From: Betaproteobacteria bacterium RIFCSPLOWO2_12_FULL_68_20
GTDB lineage: Bacteria; Pseudomonadota; Gammaproteobacteria; Burkholderiales; SG8-39
Direction of reading: 5' to 3'
DNA: 64,000 nucleotides
Assembly (NCBI GenBank): GCA_001770655.1
Contig: MERQ01000092.1
Location: 30,234-94,233 of the forward strand
The notes beneath the pieces were generated by a model that saw only the letters and a program-made list of their open reading frames with translations, did not search any database and had not been told where the DNA came from. Positions 1-8,813 of this stretch are shown here, in pieces; the first letter of the stretch is position 1, and each line of letters begins with the position of its first letter. Both the position numbers and the translations under genes were made by a program.

Positions 1-176
1 ACCGCAAACGGTACGCCGGTCGCTCCTGCACGCAAGCAAAGCCGCATAACCCGGCGCCCAACCCGGACGCGCGCGAGACGCCTGTGCTTTGCAAGCGACA
101 AAAGCGCGCGCGCCGGTTGGCTCCACGTTCGGCCTCTTGTAACCCGTAACGCCATCGGTTACACTGGCTCTTGTGA

Positions 177-236
177 ATCACCTTTGTGTTTGCCGGAACC
201 GATGCTGACGCGGTCGATTACGAGGACTACCACTGA
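177..236 (+). pseudogene. HigB/RelE-type toxin remnant (last ~19 codons only)
   Basis: The frame ending at TGA 234-236 reads [19 protein letters not shown]. From memory this resembles the conserved C-terminus of HigB killer proteins (ending ..DYH). An in-frame TGA at 174-176 cuts it off and no intact ORF exists in 1-176. It lies 11 nt upstream of higA, as in higBA operons. Confidence 0.4.
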
Positions 237-247
237 AAGGAAGCGCC

Positions 248-532
248 ATGCGCATGCACAATCCCCCGCATCCGGGCGAAATCATCAAGTCGCTTTGTCT
301 GGAGCCCCTCGGGGTAACGGTTACCGAAGCCGCGAAGGCCCTGGGTGTCAGCCGTAAGACTCTTTCGGCGATTCTGAATGGTCGCGCGGGCGTGAGCCCT
401 GAGATGGCGGTGCGTCTGTCGATCGCGTTTGAAACCTCGGCCGAGAGCTGGCTCAATCAACAAACGCAGTACGACCTTTGGCACGCCGAACAGCGACGCA
501 AGCAGCTACGCGTGATGAAGTTGGCGGCATGA
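248..532 (+). CDS. higA: HigA-family antitoxin, XRE-type HTH DNA-binding protein
   Basis: The 94-aa ORF reads [61 protein letters not shown]..., the typical HigA/VapI HTH core. A GAAAGGAAG ribosome-binding site lies just upstream. Confidence 0.85.
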   Translation: MRMHNPPHPGEIIKSLCLEPLGVTVTEAAKALGVSRKTLSAILNGRAGVSPEMAVRLSIAFETSAESWLNQQTQYDLWHAEQRRKQLRVMKLAA

Positions 533-616
533 ACAAGATGCCGAACCATCCGCTCAACGCCGACGCGCCGCAAGTACAGCGGCGCGCTAGCGTCGGAACT
601 TAACCGGAGCCGAATC

Positions 617-781
617 ATGAGTGTCCCGAGCGTCCGAGAAGCGATTGATCGCGTGAGCGCTGCTATATCCGCTGACCCAACTAAGGCTCGGGCAAAGAAC
701 GCGCCGGCGACGGCCCGCATGGGCCGACGCTCACTCTCCGGTCGCGTGCACGATGCGGCAGGCCCCGGGATGCTCGCTTGA
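617..781 (+). pseudogene. Possible truncated OsmC/Ohr-family N-terminal fragment (54 codons)
   Basis: The ATG at 617 opens MSVPSVREAIDRVSAAISADPTKARAKNAPATARMGRRSLSGRVHDAAGPGMLA*. The ..APATAR.. segment and its context recall OsmC-like N-termini. The ORF stops where the catalytic body should begin. Confidence 0.3.
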
Positions 782-891
782 GACCGAGGTCGTGTGGGCG
801 ATGCGGGCTAACCCGGCAGCCCACGCGGACGCCAAACTTCCCCGATTTAGCGAGGCGTGAAGCTTCAAACCCGGCCGGCCCGCCCTGCCGT

Positions 892-1338
892 TCAATTCTC
901 CGGCCGGTAGTCCTTCACCCCACCGAGCTCCGACAAATCCTCCTCCCGCCCGCGCAGCTCGACCACGTTCAAATCCGGATCCCTTACAAACACCGACACA
1001 TGCCCATCCCGGCCGAATGACACCGGCCCCTGGGTGATCCGGATCCCGTTCGCGTTCAGCGCCTCGATCGCCGACTTGATCGAGGCGACATTGAGCGCAA
1101 CGTGGGTGTACCCGGCGTACTTCTCGCCGACGTCCATCAAAATGTTCTTCCCGCCGGCATCGCTGTTCGCGTTGTAGACCAGGTTCAGCTCCACCTGGTG
1201 CGGGTTCTTCACCACCGCGACGGCGTCGTGCGGATCCTTCCCCAGCAGCTCGAACCCGAGCACGCGGTAGAACGCGAGCGCGCGCTCCAGGTCCTTCACC
1301 CGGATGCCGATGTGGTCGACGGCTCGAATGTCGATCAT
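892..1338 (-). CDS. VOC / glyoxalase-bleomycin resistance family protein
   Basis: This is the C-terminal 148 aa of track ORF 892..3042: MIDIRAVDHIGIRVKDLERALAFYRVLGFELLGK...HVALNV...VFVRDPDLNVVEL, a typical paired beta-alpha-beta-beta-beta VOC pattern. Its ATG overlaps the upstream stop (ATGA at 1335-1338). Confidence 0.85.
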   Translation of the reverse strand: MIDIRAVDHIGIRVKDLERALAFYRVLGFELLGKDPHDAVAVVKNPHQVELNLVYNANSDAGGKNILMDVGEKYAGYTHVALNVASIKSAIEALNANGIRITQGPVSFGRDGHVSVFVRDPDLNVVELRGREEDLSELGGVKDYRPEN

Positions 1339-2903
1339 GGAAACTCCTTGAATCGAATGGCAGGATCGCGCTTGATCTGCTCCACCAGCCCGACCTCCCA
1401 GCTCAGATACTCGCGCGCGTGCTTCTCGTAGTCCGCGCCGTGGTCGTAGGGCTTGTACCAGACGTCGTCTAGCGCGGTGGTCGCGCGCTCGATGCCCGCT
1501 TCCACGGGCCTTTGCGCCGCGAACCACGCGGCGTTCCCGCCTTCGAGAGATCTGACCTGCGCCTGAGGCCACAGTTCGGCGGCCTCCGGCGCCGCGAGCT
1601 GCGCGAGCACCCCGTCCTCGGAAGTGAGCACGATCTCCCGCGCCTCCCCGATGCGCCGGCGCGCCTCCTCCAGCCGCGAGCGCACCGCCCACCACGCGCC
1701 CGGCACGTGACGCTCGCGAAAGCGCAGGCTCGTGGACAAATCGACGACCGTCGCCCCCGCAGGCAACTCGCTTATCTTCTTCCAGTCGCGCAGGCCCGGA
1801 ACGCGCTTCGCGCGAGGCCCGCTCCCGGTTTCCCACCCCTCGAAGCCGCCCTCGAGCACCCAGACCTCGTCCCAGCCCATCTGGTTCAGCCACGAGGCGG
1901 TCATCACTGCGCGCACGCGCTCGGGATCGACCAGCACGACGCGCGCATTGCGCACGCCGACATACTCGTCGGTCGCCTGCACCAGCTGCCCTCCGGGCGC
2001 GTGGCGCGAGCCGGCGATGCGCCGTGCCTCGAACTCCTCTTTCGTGCGCACGTCGAGCAGGTACATGGTGCGGCTTGCGTCCTTCGTCCAGCCCTGCACC
2101 TCGCCGCGCGCAGCGAACCTCACCCCGAAGCGCTTCGCGACTCGCTCGGCACTCTCCAGCGCCATTGCCCTCGCCTTCTCTCCCGGCGCCGGCGCGACGC
2201 GCGTCGCGCCGCGCTCGGCCTTGAATCCGGCGAGCTCCCAGCCCATGGTCCCGTCCTTGAGCGCGACGACCTTGTTGGCCAAACCTGCGTTCCTGAGCGA
2301 CTGGCAGCCGATGATCGAGCGCGTGCGCCCGGCGCAGTTCACCACGACGAGCGTGTCCGGATCCGGCGCGAGATCGTGCACGCGCCAGGCGAGCTCCGCC
2401 CCGGGCGCATCGATCCCGCCCGGGATGTTCATGCGGTGGTACTCCTCGAACGGCCGCGAATCGAGCACGACGAGCTTCGCGCCCTCTTCCTTCAACCGCG
2501 CCAGCTCCTGTGCCGAAATGCGCGGCGTGCCGTAACGGTGCTCGACGAACTCGCCGAACGCCTTCGAGGGCACGTTCACGCCGCTGAAGAGCTCGCCCCC
2601 GGCGGCCTTCCAGCCGGCGCAGCCGCCCTCGAGGATCGAGACGTCGGTGTAGCCCAGCCCGGCGAGCTTTTCCGCCACCCGCTCGGCGAGCCCCTCGCCG
2701 CCGCCGTCGAGAAGGACGATCGGCGCCCCGAGTCGCGGCAGCAGATCTACCACCATCATCTCGAGCCGCGAAAGCGGAAGCGAGGAAGCGAAGAACGGAT
2801 GCCCGCGGTAGTGCACCCCTTGCTCGCGCGCATCGAGCAGCGCGATCTCTCCGCCCCCGCCGAGCCGCGCGCGCAGGGCGGCGGCGGTGACGCTGCCGGT
2901 CAC
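1335..2903 (-). CDS. Multi-domain rhodanese-like sulfurtransferase (four rhodanese repeats)
   Basis: A GTG at 2903 overlaps the stop of the upstream cupin gene (GTGA). The 522-aa product has four ~120-aa rhodanese-like repeats. Only the second carries an active-site loop (VNCAGRTRS). Confidence 0.85.
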   Translation of the reverse strand: MTGSVTAAALRARLGGGGEIALLDAREQGVHYRGHPFFASSLPLSRLEMMVVDLLPRLGAPIVLLDGGGEGLAERVAEKLAGLGYTDVSILEGGCAGWKAAGGELFSGVNVPSKAFGEFVEHRYGTPRISAQELARLKEEGAKLVVLDSRPFEEYHRMNIPGGIDAPGAELAWRVHDLAPDPDTLVVVNCAGRTRSIIGCQSLRNAGLANKVVALKDGTMGWELAGFKAERGATRVAPAPGEKARAMALESAERVAKRFGVRFAARGEVQGWTKDASRTMYLLDVRTKEEFEARRIAGSRHAPGGQLVQATDEYVGVRNARVVLVDPERVRAVMTASWLNQMGWDEVWVLEGGFEGWETGSGPRAKRVPGLRDWKKISELPAGATVVDLSTSLRFRERHVPGAWWAVRSRLEEARRRIGEAREIVLTSEDGVLAQLAAPEAAELWPQAQVRSLEGGNAAWFAAQRPVEAGIERATTALDDVWYKPYDHGADYEKHAREYLSWEVGLVEQIKRDPAIRFKEFP

Positions 2904-3499
2904 GCCCTGACGAAGCGCGCTTCGCGGATGTCCGAGTGCGGCGGGAACACCGCCCAGGCGCGCTCGTCGGACTTGTAGTACTCGCGCCGGTGCAGCTGCT
3001 CGAGCGCGAGGCCGTACATGTGGAAGTTGAGGAGCGGCGCATCGATGTGGATCGAATGCAGGTCCTCGGGCATGAACGCGACCCCGGTCCCCTGCTTCAC
3101 CACGAACTGCCCCGTCTCGCGCACCCCGCCCTCGGCGCTGCGCTCGTAGAAGCGGTTCCGCTCCTCCCCGCTCACGCCTACGATCACCGCCCAGGTGGTG
3201 TGGTTGTGCGCCGGCGTGCCGTAGCCCCCGACCGAGGCGTTGGCGTACAGCGCGAGGCGGTGGTCGGCGTCCTCCGAGATCCGGTACAGGCACGAATTGC
3301 GCTTCGAGCCGGGCTGCGGGGGCGGGTAGTCCTCCAGGCTGAAGAGGTCCGTGCGCGCCGCAAGCCGGATCAGCCGCGCTTTGATCTTCTCCAGGCTCTC
3401 GGCGGTGACGCCCCCGGCTTTCTCGATCGCCCGCACATCCGCCACCGCGGCGTCGATTTCCCTGGCTCGTTCGGACTCCCGGTCCATGGTCGCCTCCAC
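2900..3499 (-). CDS. Cupin-fold metalloenzyme, cysteine dioxygenase type I-like (COG5553-type)
   Basis: The 199-aa ORF has a cupin metal motif (GTPAHNHTTWAVIVGVSGEE ... EDLHSIH). Genes of this family are often next to rhodanese genes. Confidence 0.7.
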   Translation of the reverse strand: MEATMDRESERAREIDAAVADVRAIEKAGGVTAESLEKIKARLIRLAARTDLFSLEDYPPPQPGSKRNSCLYRISEDADHRLALYANASVGGYGTPAHNHTTWAVIVGVSGEERNRFYERSAEGGVRETGQFVVKQGTGVAFMPEDLHSIHIDAPLLNFHMYGLALEQLHRREYYKSDERAWAVFPPHSDIREARFVRA

Positions 3500-3503
3500 G
3501 CGG

Positions 3504-3995
3504 CTATCTTACGCGGTAGATCTCGTCCTCGAAGCTACCGCGCGAGACGGTGAGCTGGGAGCGCTTCTTGCCCAGCTGCGAGGTCAGCACTGCCCGCTCG
3601 GCGCCCTTCTCCCAGCGCGCCTTGTAGATCTCCCTGAGCTCCTTGCCCTTGCGGTAGATCTTTTCCCGGGCGTCGGCGAGCGGAGCGCCGTAGCGCGATT
3701 TCAGGAGCCCGGTCACGCGCTCCAGCTCGCTGGTGTTGAAGCGGACGTCGAACGCCTCGACCGCGTCCTTCCTCAGATAGAAGGTGATGCGCGCCTCGAT
3801 GCCGCCGAAGGAGATCTTGCCGTCGTCGCAGCGCCGGTCGGCGGCGCGGCTCTTCCATTGCAGCGGCTGGCAGTACGCGCTCGGGAACTGCTGCTTCAAC
3901 TGGGCCTCGCGGTCGCCGAGCGCGACGCCGTTCGCGTCGTAGCCCGCGGCCGGCAGCGCGGCGCCGAGCAGGATGAACAGCGCAAGGGCTCTCAC
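3504..3995 (-). CDS. Hypothetical secreted protein
   Basis: A GTG at 3995 gives (M)RALALFILLGAALPAAGYDANG..., a signal-peptide-like N-terminus, and a 163-aa product with two Cys. It is packed 14 nt after the upstream stop and 4 nt before the next start. I recognise no family. Confidence 0.55.
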   Translation of the reverse strand: MRALALFILLGAALPAAGYDANGVALGDREAQLKQQFPSAYCQPLQWKSRAADRRCDDGKISFGGIEARITFYLRKDAVEAFDVRFNTSELERVTGLLKSRYGAPLADAREKIYRKGKELREIYKARWEKGAERAVLTSQLGKKRSQLTVSRGSFEDEIYRVR

Positions 3996-4009
3996 AGGCG
4001 CAAGCCTAA

Positions 4010-6367
4010 CTAGGCTGCGCGCTTGACGCCAGCCTTGGCCTCTTCTTCCGTCACCTCGTGGCTCGCCGGGCGCGCGCGCAGCCGCAGCTCGGTCTGCTCG
4101 GCGCGCTCGCGCGCCGCGAGCCGCAACGCCTGGTCGCGGCCGGGCAGGTACTGGAGCGGCCAGTGCTGCGCGGCGTGCTGGTACCAGGCGGAGGCCTGCA
4201 GCGTGAAGTACGGGTTGGCCAGGTGCGGCCGCGCGAGCGCCACCAGGTCGGCCTTGCCCGCCGCGAGCAGCGTATTCACCTGGTCGGCGGTGGTCACCGC
4301 GCCCACGGTCATGGTGGCGATCCCGACCTCGTTTCTCACCCAGTCGGCGAACGGGGCCTGGTACATGCGGCCGTAGACCGGCTGCTGCTGCGGCACGGTC
4401 TGCCCGGTCGAGCAGTCGATGAGGTCGCAGCCCGCTTCCTTCAGCATCCGGGCGAGCGCCATCAGGTCCGCGCCGGAGAGGCCGCCCGGCGCCCAGTCGG
4501 TGGCCGAGATGCGCGCCGACATCGGCTTTCGCTCCGGCCACGCGGCACGGCAGGCGCGAAATACCTCGAGCGGGTAGCGCATGCGGTTCTCGATCGGCCC
4601 GCCGTACTCGTCGGTCCTGCGGTTGGTGAGCGGCGAGATGAAACCCGCGAGCAGATAGCCGTGCGCCATGTGGAGCTCGAGCATGTCGAAGCCCGCCTCG
4701 TCCGCGAGCACGGTCGATCGCGCGAACTGGCTTTTCACCAGGTCCATGTCGGCACGCGTCATCTCGCGCGGCAGCTGCGAGATTCCCTCGCGGTACGGGA
4801 TCGCCGAAGGCGCGATCAGCGGCCAGTTGCCGCGCTCGAGCGGGCGGTCCATCTCCTCCCAGCCGAGCTGCGTCGAGCCCTTGCGCCCCGAATGGCCGAT
4901 CTGCATGCACAGTTTCGCTTTCGAGCTCGCGTGGCAGAAATCGACGATGCGCCTGAACGCGTCGCGCTGCGCCTCGTTCCACAAGCCGGTGCAGCCCGGC
5001 GAGATGCGCCCTTCTGGCGACACGCAGGTCATCTCCACGAACACCAGCCCCGCGCCGCCGATCGCGCGCGAGCCGAGGTGCACCAGGTGCCAGTCGGTGG
5101 GAACGCCATCGACTGCCGAGTACTGGTCCATGGGCGAGACGACCACGCGGTTCTCGAGCACCAGGCCGCGCAGCCGCAACGGGGTGAACATCGGCACCGG
5201 TGGGTTCTCCGCGTCGATGTCGAAGCCCTGGTCGCGCACCCTGCGCGCGTACCAGCGGCGGACCTCCTGCACGAAACCCGGATCGCGCAGCTCGAGGTTC
5301 TCCCAGGTGATCTGCTTGGAGCGCGACATCACGCCGAAGGCGAACTGCTGCGGCTCCATCCCCCAGTAGCGCTTCATGTGCTCGAACCAGGCGAGCGACA
5401 CGTTCGCCGCGTGCTGCGTCTTCTCCACTTCCTCGCGCCGCGCGGTGTCGTAGCGCGCCAGCGCGCCCTGCACGTCGCCGGCATCCTTCAGGCATTCATA
5501 CAGGGCGATCGCGTCCTCCATCGCCAGCTTCGTTCCCGAGCCGATCGAGAAGTGGGCGGTGGCCTTGGCGTCGCCCACCAGCACGGCCTTGCCCATCACC
5601 CAGGTGCGATTGACGATGGTGGGAAAGTTGCGCCACACGGAGCGGTTGGCGATCAGCCGGTGGCCGTCGAGCTCCTCGGCGAACACCTCTTCGAGCGTCG
5701 CCAGCATCGCCGCCTCGTCCTGGCGATCGAAGCCGAAATTGCGCCAGGTCGCCTCGTCGGTCTCGATTATCCAGGTCGAACGGTCCTTTTCGTACTGGTA
5801 GCAGTGGGCGAGGATGATCCCCTGCGGCGTCTCGCGGAAGAAATACTTGAACGCGTCGAGCGGCCGCGTCGAGCCGAGCCAGGCGAACTTGTTCGGCCGC
5901 AGGTCCACGCTCGGCTGGAAATGCGCCTGGTGGCGCTCGCGGATCTTCGAATTGATCCCGTCGGCGACCACGATCAGCTCCGAATCGGGGAGCTCGTCCA
6001 GGCTGTCGACTTCGCGGCCGAAGCGCAGCTCGACGCCCAGCTCGCGCCCGCGGTCCTGCAGGATGTTGAGGAGCGCCACCCGCGAGCAGCCGCAGAAGCC
6101 GTTGCCGCCCGAGCGCATCACCTCGCCCTTGTAGACCACGTCGACGTCGCCCCAGTAGGCGAAGCGCCGCCGGATGCGCTCGTAGGTGACCGCGTCGTAC
6201 GCCTTGAAGGTGTCGAGCGTCTGGTCGGAGAACACCACGCCGAAGCCGAAGGTGTCGTCGGGCCGGTTGCGCTCGTACACCGTGACGTCCCAGCGCGGCC
6301 AGGCCTTCTTCGCGAGCAGCGCGAAGTAAAGGCCGCCCGGGCCGCCGCCGATCACGCTGACTTTCAT
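4010..6367 (-). CDS. Bifunctional aryl-CoA monooxygenase/reductase (2-aminobenzoyl-CoA monooxygenase/reductase or salicylyl-CoA 5-hydroxylase type): N-terminal FAD monooxygenase fused to an Old-Yellow-Enzyme-like flavin oxidoreductase
   Basis: The 785-aa ORF starts [21 protein letters not shown] (a GxGxxG FAD fold). The C-terminal half has OYE motifs ([51 protein letters not shown]). Its neighbours are an aryl-CoA ligase, RidA and MarR. Confidence 0.85.
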   Translation of the reverse strand: MKVSVIGGGPGGLYFALLAKKAWPRWDVTVYERNRPDDTFGFGVVFSDQTLDTFKAYDAVTYERIRRRFAYWGDVDVVYKGEVMRSGGNGFCGCSRVALLNILQDRGRELGVELRFGREVDSLDELPDSELIVVADGINSKIRERHQAHFQPSVDLRPNKFAWLGSTRPLDAFKYFFRETPQGIILAHCYQYEKDRSTWIIETDEATWRNFGFDRQDEAAMLATLEEVFAEELDGHRLIANRSVWRNFPTIVNRTWVMGKAVLVGDAKATAHFSIGSGTKLAMEDAIALYECLKDAGDVQGALARYDTARREEVEKTQHAANVSLAWFEHMKRYWGMEPQQFAFGVMSRSKQITWENLELRDPGFVQEVRRWYARRVRDQGFDIDAENPPVPMFTPLRLRGLVLENRVVVSPMDQYSAVDGVPTDWHLVHLGSRAIGGAGLVFVEMTCVSPEGRISPGCTGLWNEAQRDAFRRIVDFCHASSKAKLCMQIGHSGRKGSTQLGWEEMDRPLERGNWPLIAPSAIPYREGISQLPREMTRADMDLVKSQFARSTVLADEAGFDMLELHMAHGYLLAGFISPLTNRRTDEYGGPIENRMRYPLEVFRACRAAWPERKPMSARISATDWAPGGLSGADLMALARMLKEAGCDLIDCSTGQTVPQQQPVYGRMYQAPFADWVRNEVGIATMTVGAVTTADQVNTLLAAGKADLVALARPHLANPYFTLQASAWYQHAAQHWPLQYLPGRDQALRLAARERAEQTELRLRARPASHEVTEEEAKAGVKRAA

Positions 6368-6372
6368 CGTTT

Positions 6373-6421
6373 CACCACCCCGGCGCTGCGCGCCACCCCT
6401 CCTCGGGGAGGAGGGGAGAAG
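6373..6421. repeat. REP-like double-hairpin element, copy A
   Basis: The sequence is caccaccccggcgctgcgcgccacccctcctcggggaggaggggagaag. It contains a perfect 9-bp stem CCCCTCCTC/GAGGAGGGG and is 46/49 identical to the copy at 46505-46553. It fills the 54-nt gap between ridA and the monooxygenase gene. Confidence 0.75.
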
Positions 6422-6817
6422 TCAATCGGGAATCACCGCGGTCGCCTCGATCTCGAGCCGCGCCTCGGCTTCGACCAGCCCGCCGACCTGGACCACCGTC
6501 ATCGCCGGGTAATTCCTGCCCATCAGCTCGCGGTAGGCCGCGCCGACTTCCTTCAGCGCGCCGAGGTACTCGTTCCTGTCGAGCACGTACCAGGTGAGCC
6601 GCACGATGTGCTCGGGCCCGCCGCCCGCCTGCGCCAGCACCTCCAGGACGTTGCGCAGCGCCTGCCGGAACTGGCCGCCGAACGTCGTTTCCTCCCAGCG
6701 TCCCTCGCCCGTCGAGCCGATCTGCCCGGCGATGTAGACCGCGGTTCCGCCTCGAACCGCGATGCCGTTCGAGTATCCCCTCGGCCGCGCCCAGCCTGGC
6801 GGCTGCAGCACGCGCAT
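6422..6817 (-). CDS. RidA/YjgF/L-PSP family enamine/imine deaminase
   Basis: The 131-aa product reads MRVLQPPGWARPRGYSNGIAVRGGTAVYIAGQIG...RLEIEATAVIPD. Its ATG overlaps the ligase stop (ATGA at 6814-6817 region). Confidence 0.85.
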   Translation of the reverse strand: MRVLQPPGWARPRGYSNGIAVRGGTAVYIAGQIGSTGEGRWEETTFGGQFRQALRNVLEVLAQAGGGPEHIVRLTWYVLDRNEYLGALKEVGAAYRELMGRNYPAMTVVQVGGLVEAEARLEIEATAVIPD

Positions 6818-8430
6818 CACGCCGGCTGCCTCAGCTTGAAGCGCTGCAGCTTGCCGGTCTCGGTGCGCGGCAGCGCATCGCGGAACTCGATCGCGCGCGG
6901 GTACTTGTAAGGCGCGATGGCGCGTTTCACGTGCTCCTGCAGGTCGTGCACCATGGTGCCGTTCTTCCGGCAGCCGGGCTTGAGCACCACGAACGCCTTC
7001 ACGATGGTGCCGCGCTCCTCGTCGGGCCAGCCGACCACGCCGCACTCGGCGACCGCCGGATGCTCGAGCAGCGCCCCTTCGACCTCCGGCCCGGCGATGT
7101 TGTAGCCCGCCGAGATGATCATGTCGTCGGTGCGCGCCTGGTAGAAGAAGTAGCCGTCCTCGTCCACCCGGTAGGCGTCGCCGGTGAGGTTCCAGCCGCG
7201 CTGCACGTAGTCCTTCTGCCGGGCGTCGGCGAGGTAGCGGCAGCCGGTCGGGCCCTTCACCGCGAGCCGGCCCACTTCCCCGGGCCTGCACGGCGTGCCT
7301 TCGCCGTCCAGCACCGCGGCCCGGTATCCGGGAATCGCGTAGCCGGTGGCGCCGCGGCGCACGCGCTCGGGCGTGTGCGAGATGAAGATGTGCATCATCT
7401 CGGTCGAGCCGATGCCGTCGATGATCTCGATGCCGGTCGCCTGCCTGAAGAGCTGGCGCGTCGCGTCGGGCAGCGCCTCGCCCGCCGAGACGCATTTCCT
7501 CAGGCTCGAGAGCGCGAAATGGCGCGCCAGGCCGGCGATCGCACGGTACATCGTGGGCGCGGTGAAGCAGACCGTGGCGCGAAATCTCTGGATCGTCTCG
7601 AGCAGCGACTCGGGAGTGAGCTTCTCCACCAGCACCGCGGAGGCGCCGAAGCGCATCGGGAAGCAGAGCAGGCCGCCCAGGCCGAAGGTGAAGGCGAGCG
7701 GCGGCGTGCCGCAGAACACGTCGTCCGGCGACGCACCGAGGCAGGAGCGCGGGAAGCAGTCGCACATCGCGATCACGTCGCGGTGGAAGTGCATCGTGCC
7801 CTTGGGCTTGCCGGTGGTGCCCGAGGTGAACGCGATCAGCGCGACGTCGTCGGCCGCAGTGGGCGCATTCCAGAACGTGAGGGGCTGCTTCAGCGCGAGC
7901 GCGTCGAGCGAATCGGGCGCGTCGTCGTACCAGTAGGTGACGGCCTGCAACGTCGGGCAGGCGGGAAGCGCGGCTTTCAGCTCGGCGTCCAGCCGCCGGT
8001 CGCACAGCGCGTGCGAGATCTCGGCCTTGTTGACGATCTCGATGAGCTCCTTCGCCCGCAGCAGCGGCATCGTCGCGACGCACACGCCTCCCGCCTTCAT
8101 CACGGCGAGCCAGCAAGCGGCCATGATCGGGTTGTTCGGCCCGCGCAGCAGCACCCGGTTGCCGGGCTTCAGACCCATCTCGCGCACCAGCACGTGGGCG
8201 ACCCGGTTCGCCTGGGTGAAGAGCTGCGTGTAGGTGCACTCGCCGTCGGGCGTGCGCAGCGCGACGCGGTGGCCGTGGCCGCGCGTGACCGGCTTGTCGA
8301 GCAGCTCGGCGGCGCAGTTGAGCCGCGACGGGTACCTCAGCTCGGGCAGCTCGAACAGGAACTCCGGCCAGCGGTTGCGCGGCGGCAGGTTGTCGCGGGC
8401 GAAGGTATCGAGGTGCGCGGTGTAGCTCAC
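6817..8430 (-). CDS. Aryl-CoA ligase, 2-aminobenzoate(anthranilate)-CoA / benzoate-CoA ligase family
   Basis: A GTG at 8430 overlaps the marR stop (GTGA). The product starts (M)SYTAHLDTFARDNLPPRNRWPEFLFELPELRYP, which I remember as typical of 2-aminobenzoate-CoA ligases. It has the AMP-binding motifs TSGTTGKPKG and GDAYRVDEDGYFFYQARTDDMI. Confidence 0.8.
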   Translation of the reverse strand: MSYTAHLDTFARDNLPPRNRWPEFLFELPELRYPSRLNCAAELLDKPVTRGHGHRVALRTPDGECTYTQLFTQANRVAHVLVREMGLKPGNRVLLRGPNNPIMAACWLAVMKAGGVCVATMPLLRAKELIEIVNKAEISHALCDRRLDAELKAALPACPTLQAVTYWYDDAPDSLDALALKQPLTFWNAPTAADDVALIAFTSGTTGKPKGTMHFHRDVIAMCDCFPRSCLGASPDDVFCGTPPLAFTFGLGGLLCFPMRFGASAVLVEKLTPESLLETIQRFRATVCFTAPTMYRAIAGLARHFALSSLRKCVSAGEALPDATRQLFRQATGIEIIDGIGSTEMMHIFISHTPERVRRGATGYAIPGYRAAVLDGEGTPCRPGEVGRLAVKGPTGCRYLADARQKDYVQRGWNLTGDAYRVDEDGYFFYQARTDDMIISAGYNIAGPEVEGALLEHPAVAECGVVGWPDEERGTIVKAFVVLKPGCRKNGTMVHDLQEHVKRAIAPYKYPRAIEFRDALPRTETGKLQRFKLRQPA

Positions 8431-8813
8431 GGGTTCATGTCCTCGGAGGCGGCGAGCGCCACCTGCTTGAGCTTCGCCAGCAGGCGCAGCAGCTCCTCGT
8501 GCTCGGCGCGCGTGAGGCCGGCGAGCAGCCCTACCACCCATTCCTCGTGCGCGCGCGCCATCTCGGCGAACGCGCGCTCCCCCGCGCGCGTGAGCCGGAT
8601 GCGGTAGGCGCGCCGGTCCGCGGGCTCGTCGAGGCGCTCCACCTGTCCCTCCTTCTCCAGCTGGTCGACGATCGCGGTCACGTTGCCTCCGGTGACCATC
8701 AGCAGGCGCGAGAGTTCGTTCATCTTCAGCCCCCCGGGATGGCGCTCGAGCTGCGCCATCAGGTCGAAGCGCGGCAGCGTTGTGCCGAAGCGCTCGCGCA
8801 GGCGCGCGCGCAC
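8427..8813 (-). CDS. MarR-family transcriptional regulator (minimal coordinates; the true start may lie upstream, see findings)
   Basis: The winged-HTH core reads TLPRFDLMAQLERHPGGLKMNELSRLLMVTGGNVTAIVDQLEKEGQVERLDEPADRRAYRIRLT. The first canonical start is the GTG at 8813. Confidence 0.8.
   Translation of the reverse strand: MRARLRERFGTTLPRFDLMAQLERHPGGLKMNELSRLLMVTGGNVTAIVDQLEKEGQVERLDEPADRRAYRIRLTRAGERAFAEMARAHEEWVVGLLAGLTRAEHEELLRLLAKLKQVALAASEDMNP

Noticed and set aside
892-3293. N-terminal extensions of track ORFs that would fuse or overlap neighbouring genes. Examples: 892-3042 (716 aa), 1335-3293, 3504-5495, 6422-8239, 24276-26888, 24576-26849, 20737-22710, 30679-31923, 61273-62076.
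   Set aside because: The extended parts are low-complexity and overlap the upstream gene. Each real protein begins at an internal start that gives a proper N-terminus, a ribosome-binding site, or an ATGA/GTGA coupling junction.
4058-6910. Very long ORFs on the opposite strand or in alternative frames of real genes. Examples: 4058-6910 (+, 950 aa), 1512-2978 (+), 9058-10773 (+), 12736-14967 (-), 12900-15293 (+), 17879-20713 (+), 42120-44324 (-), 46220-47830 (-), 56323-58089 (+).
   Set aside because: Their translations are Arg/Ala/Gly/Pro-rich low-complexity strings with no recognisable motifs. They fully overlap ORFs that have clear family signatures. This is the expected stop-codon-poor shadow effect in high-GC DNA.
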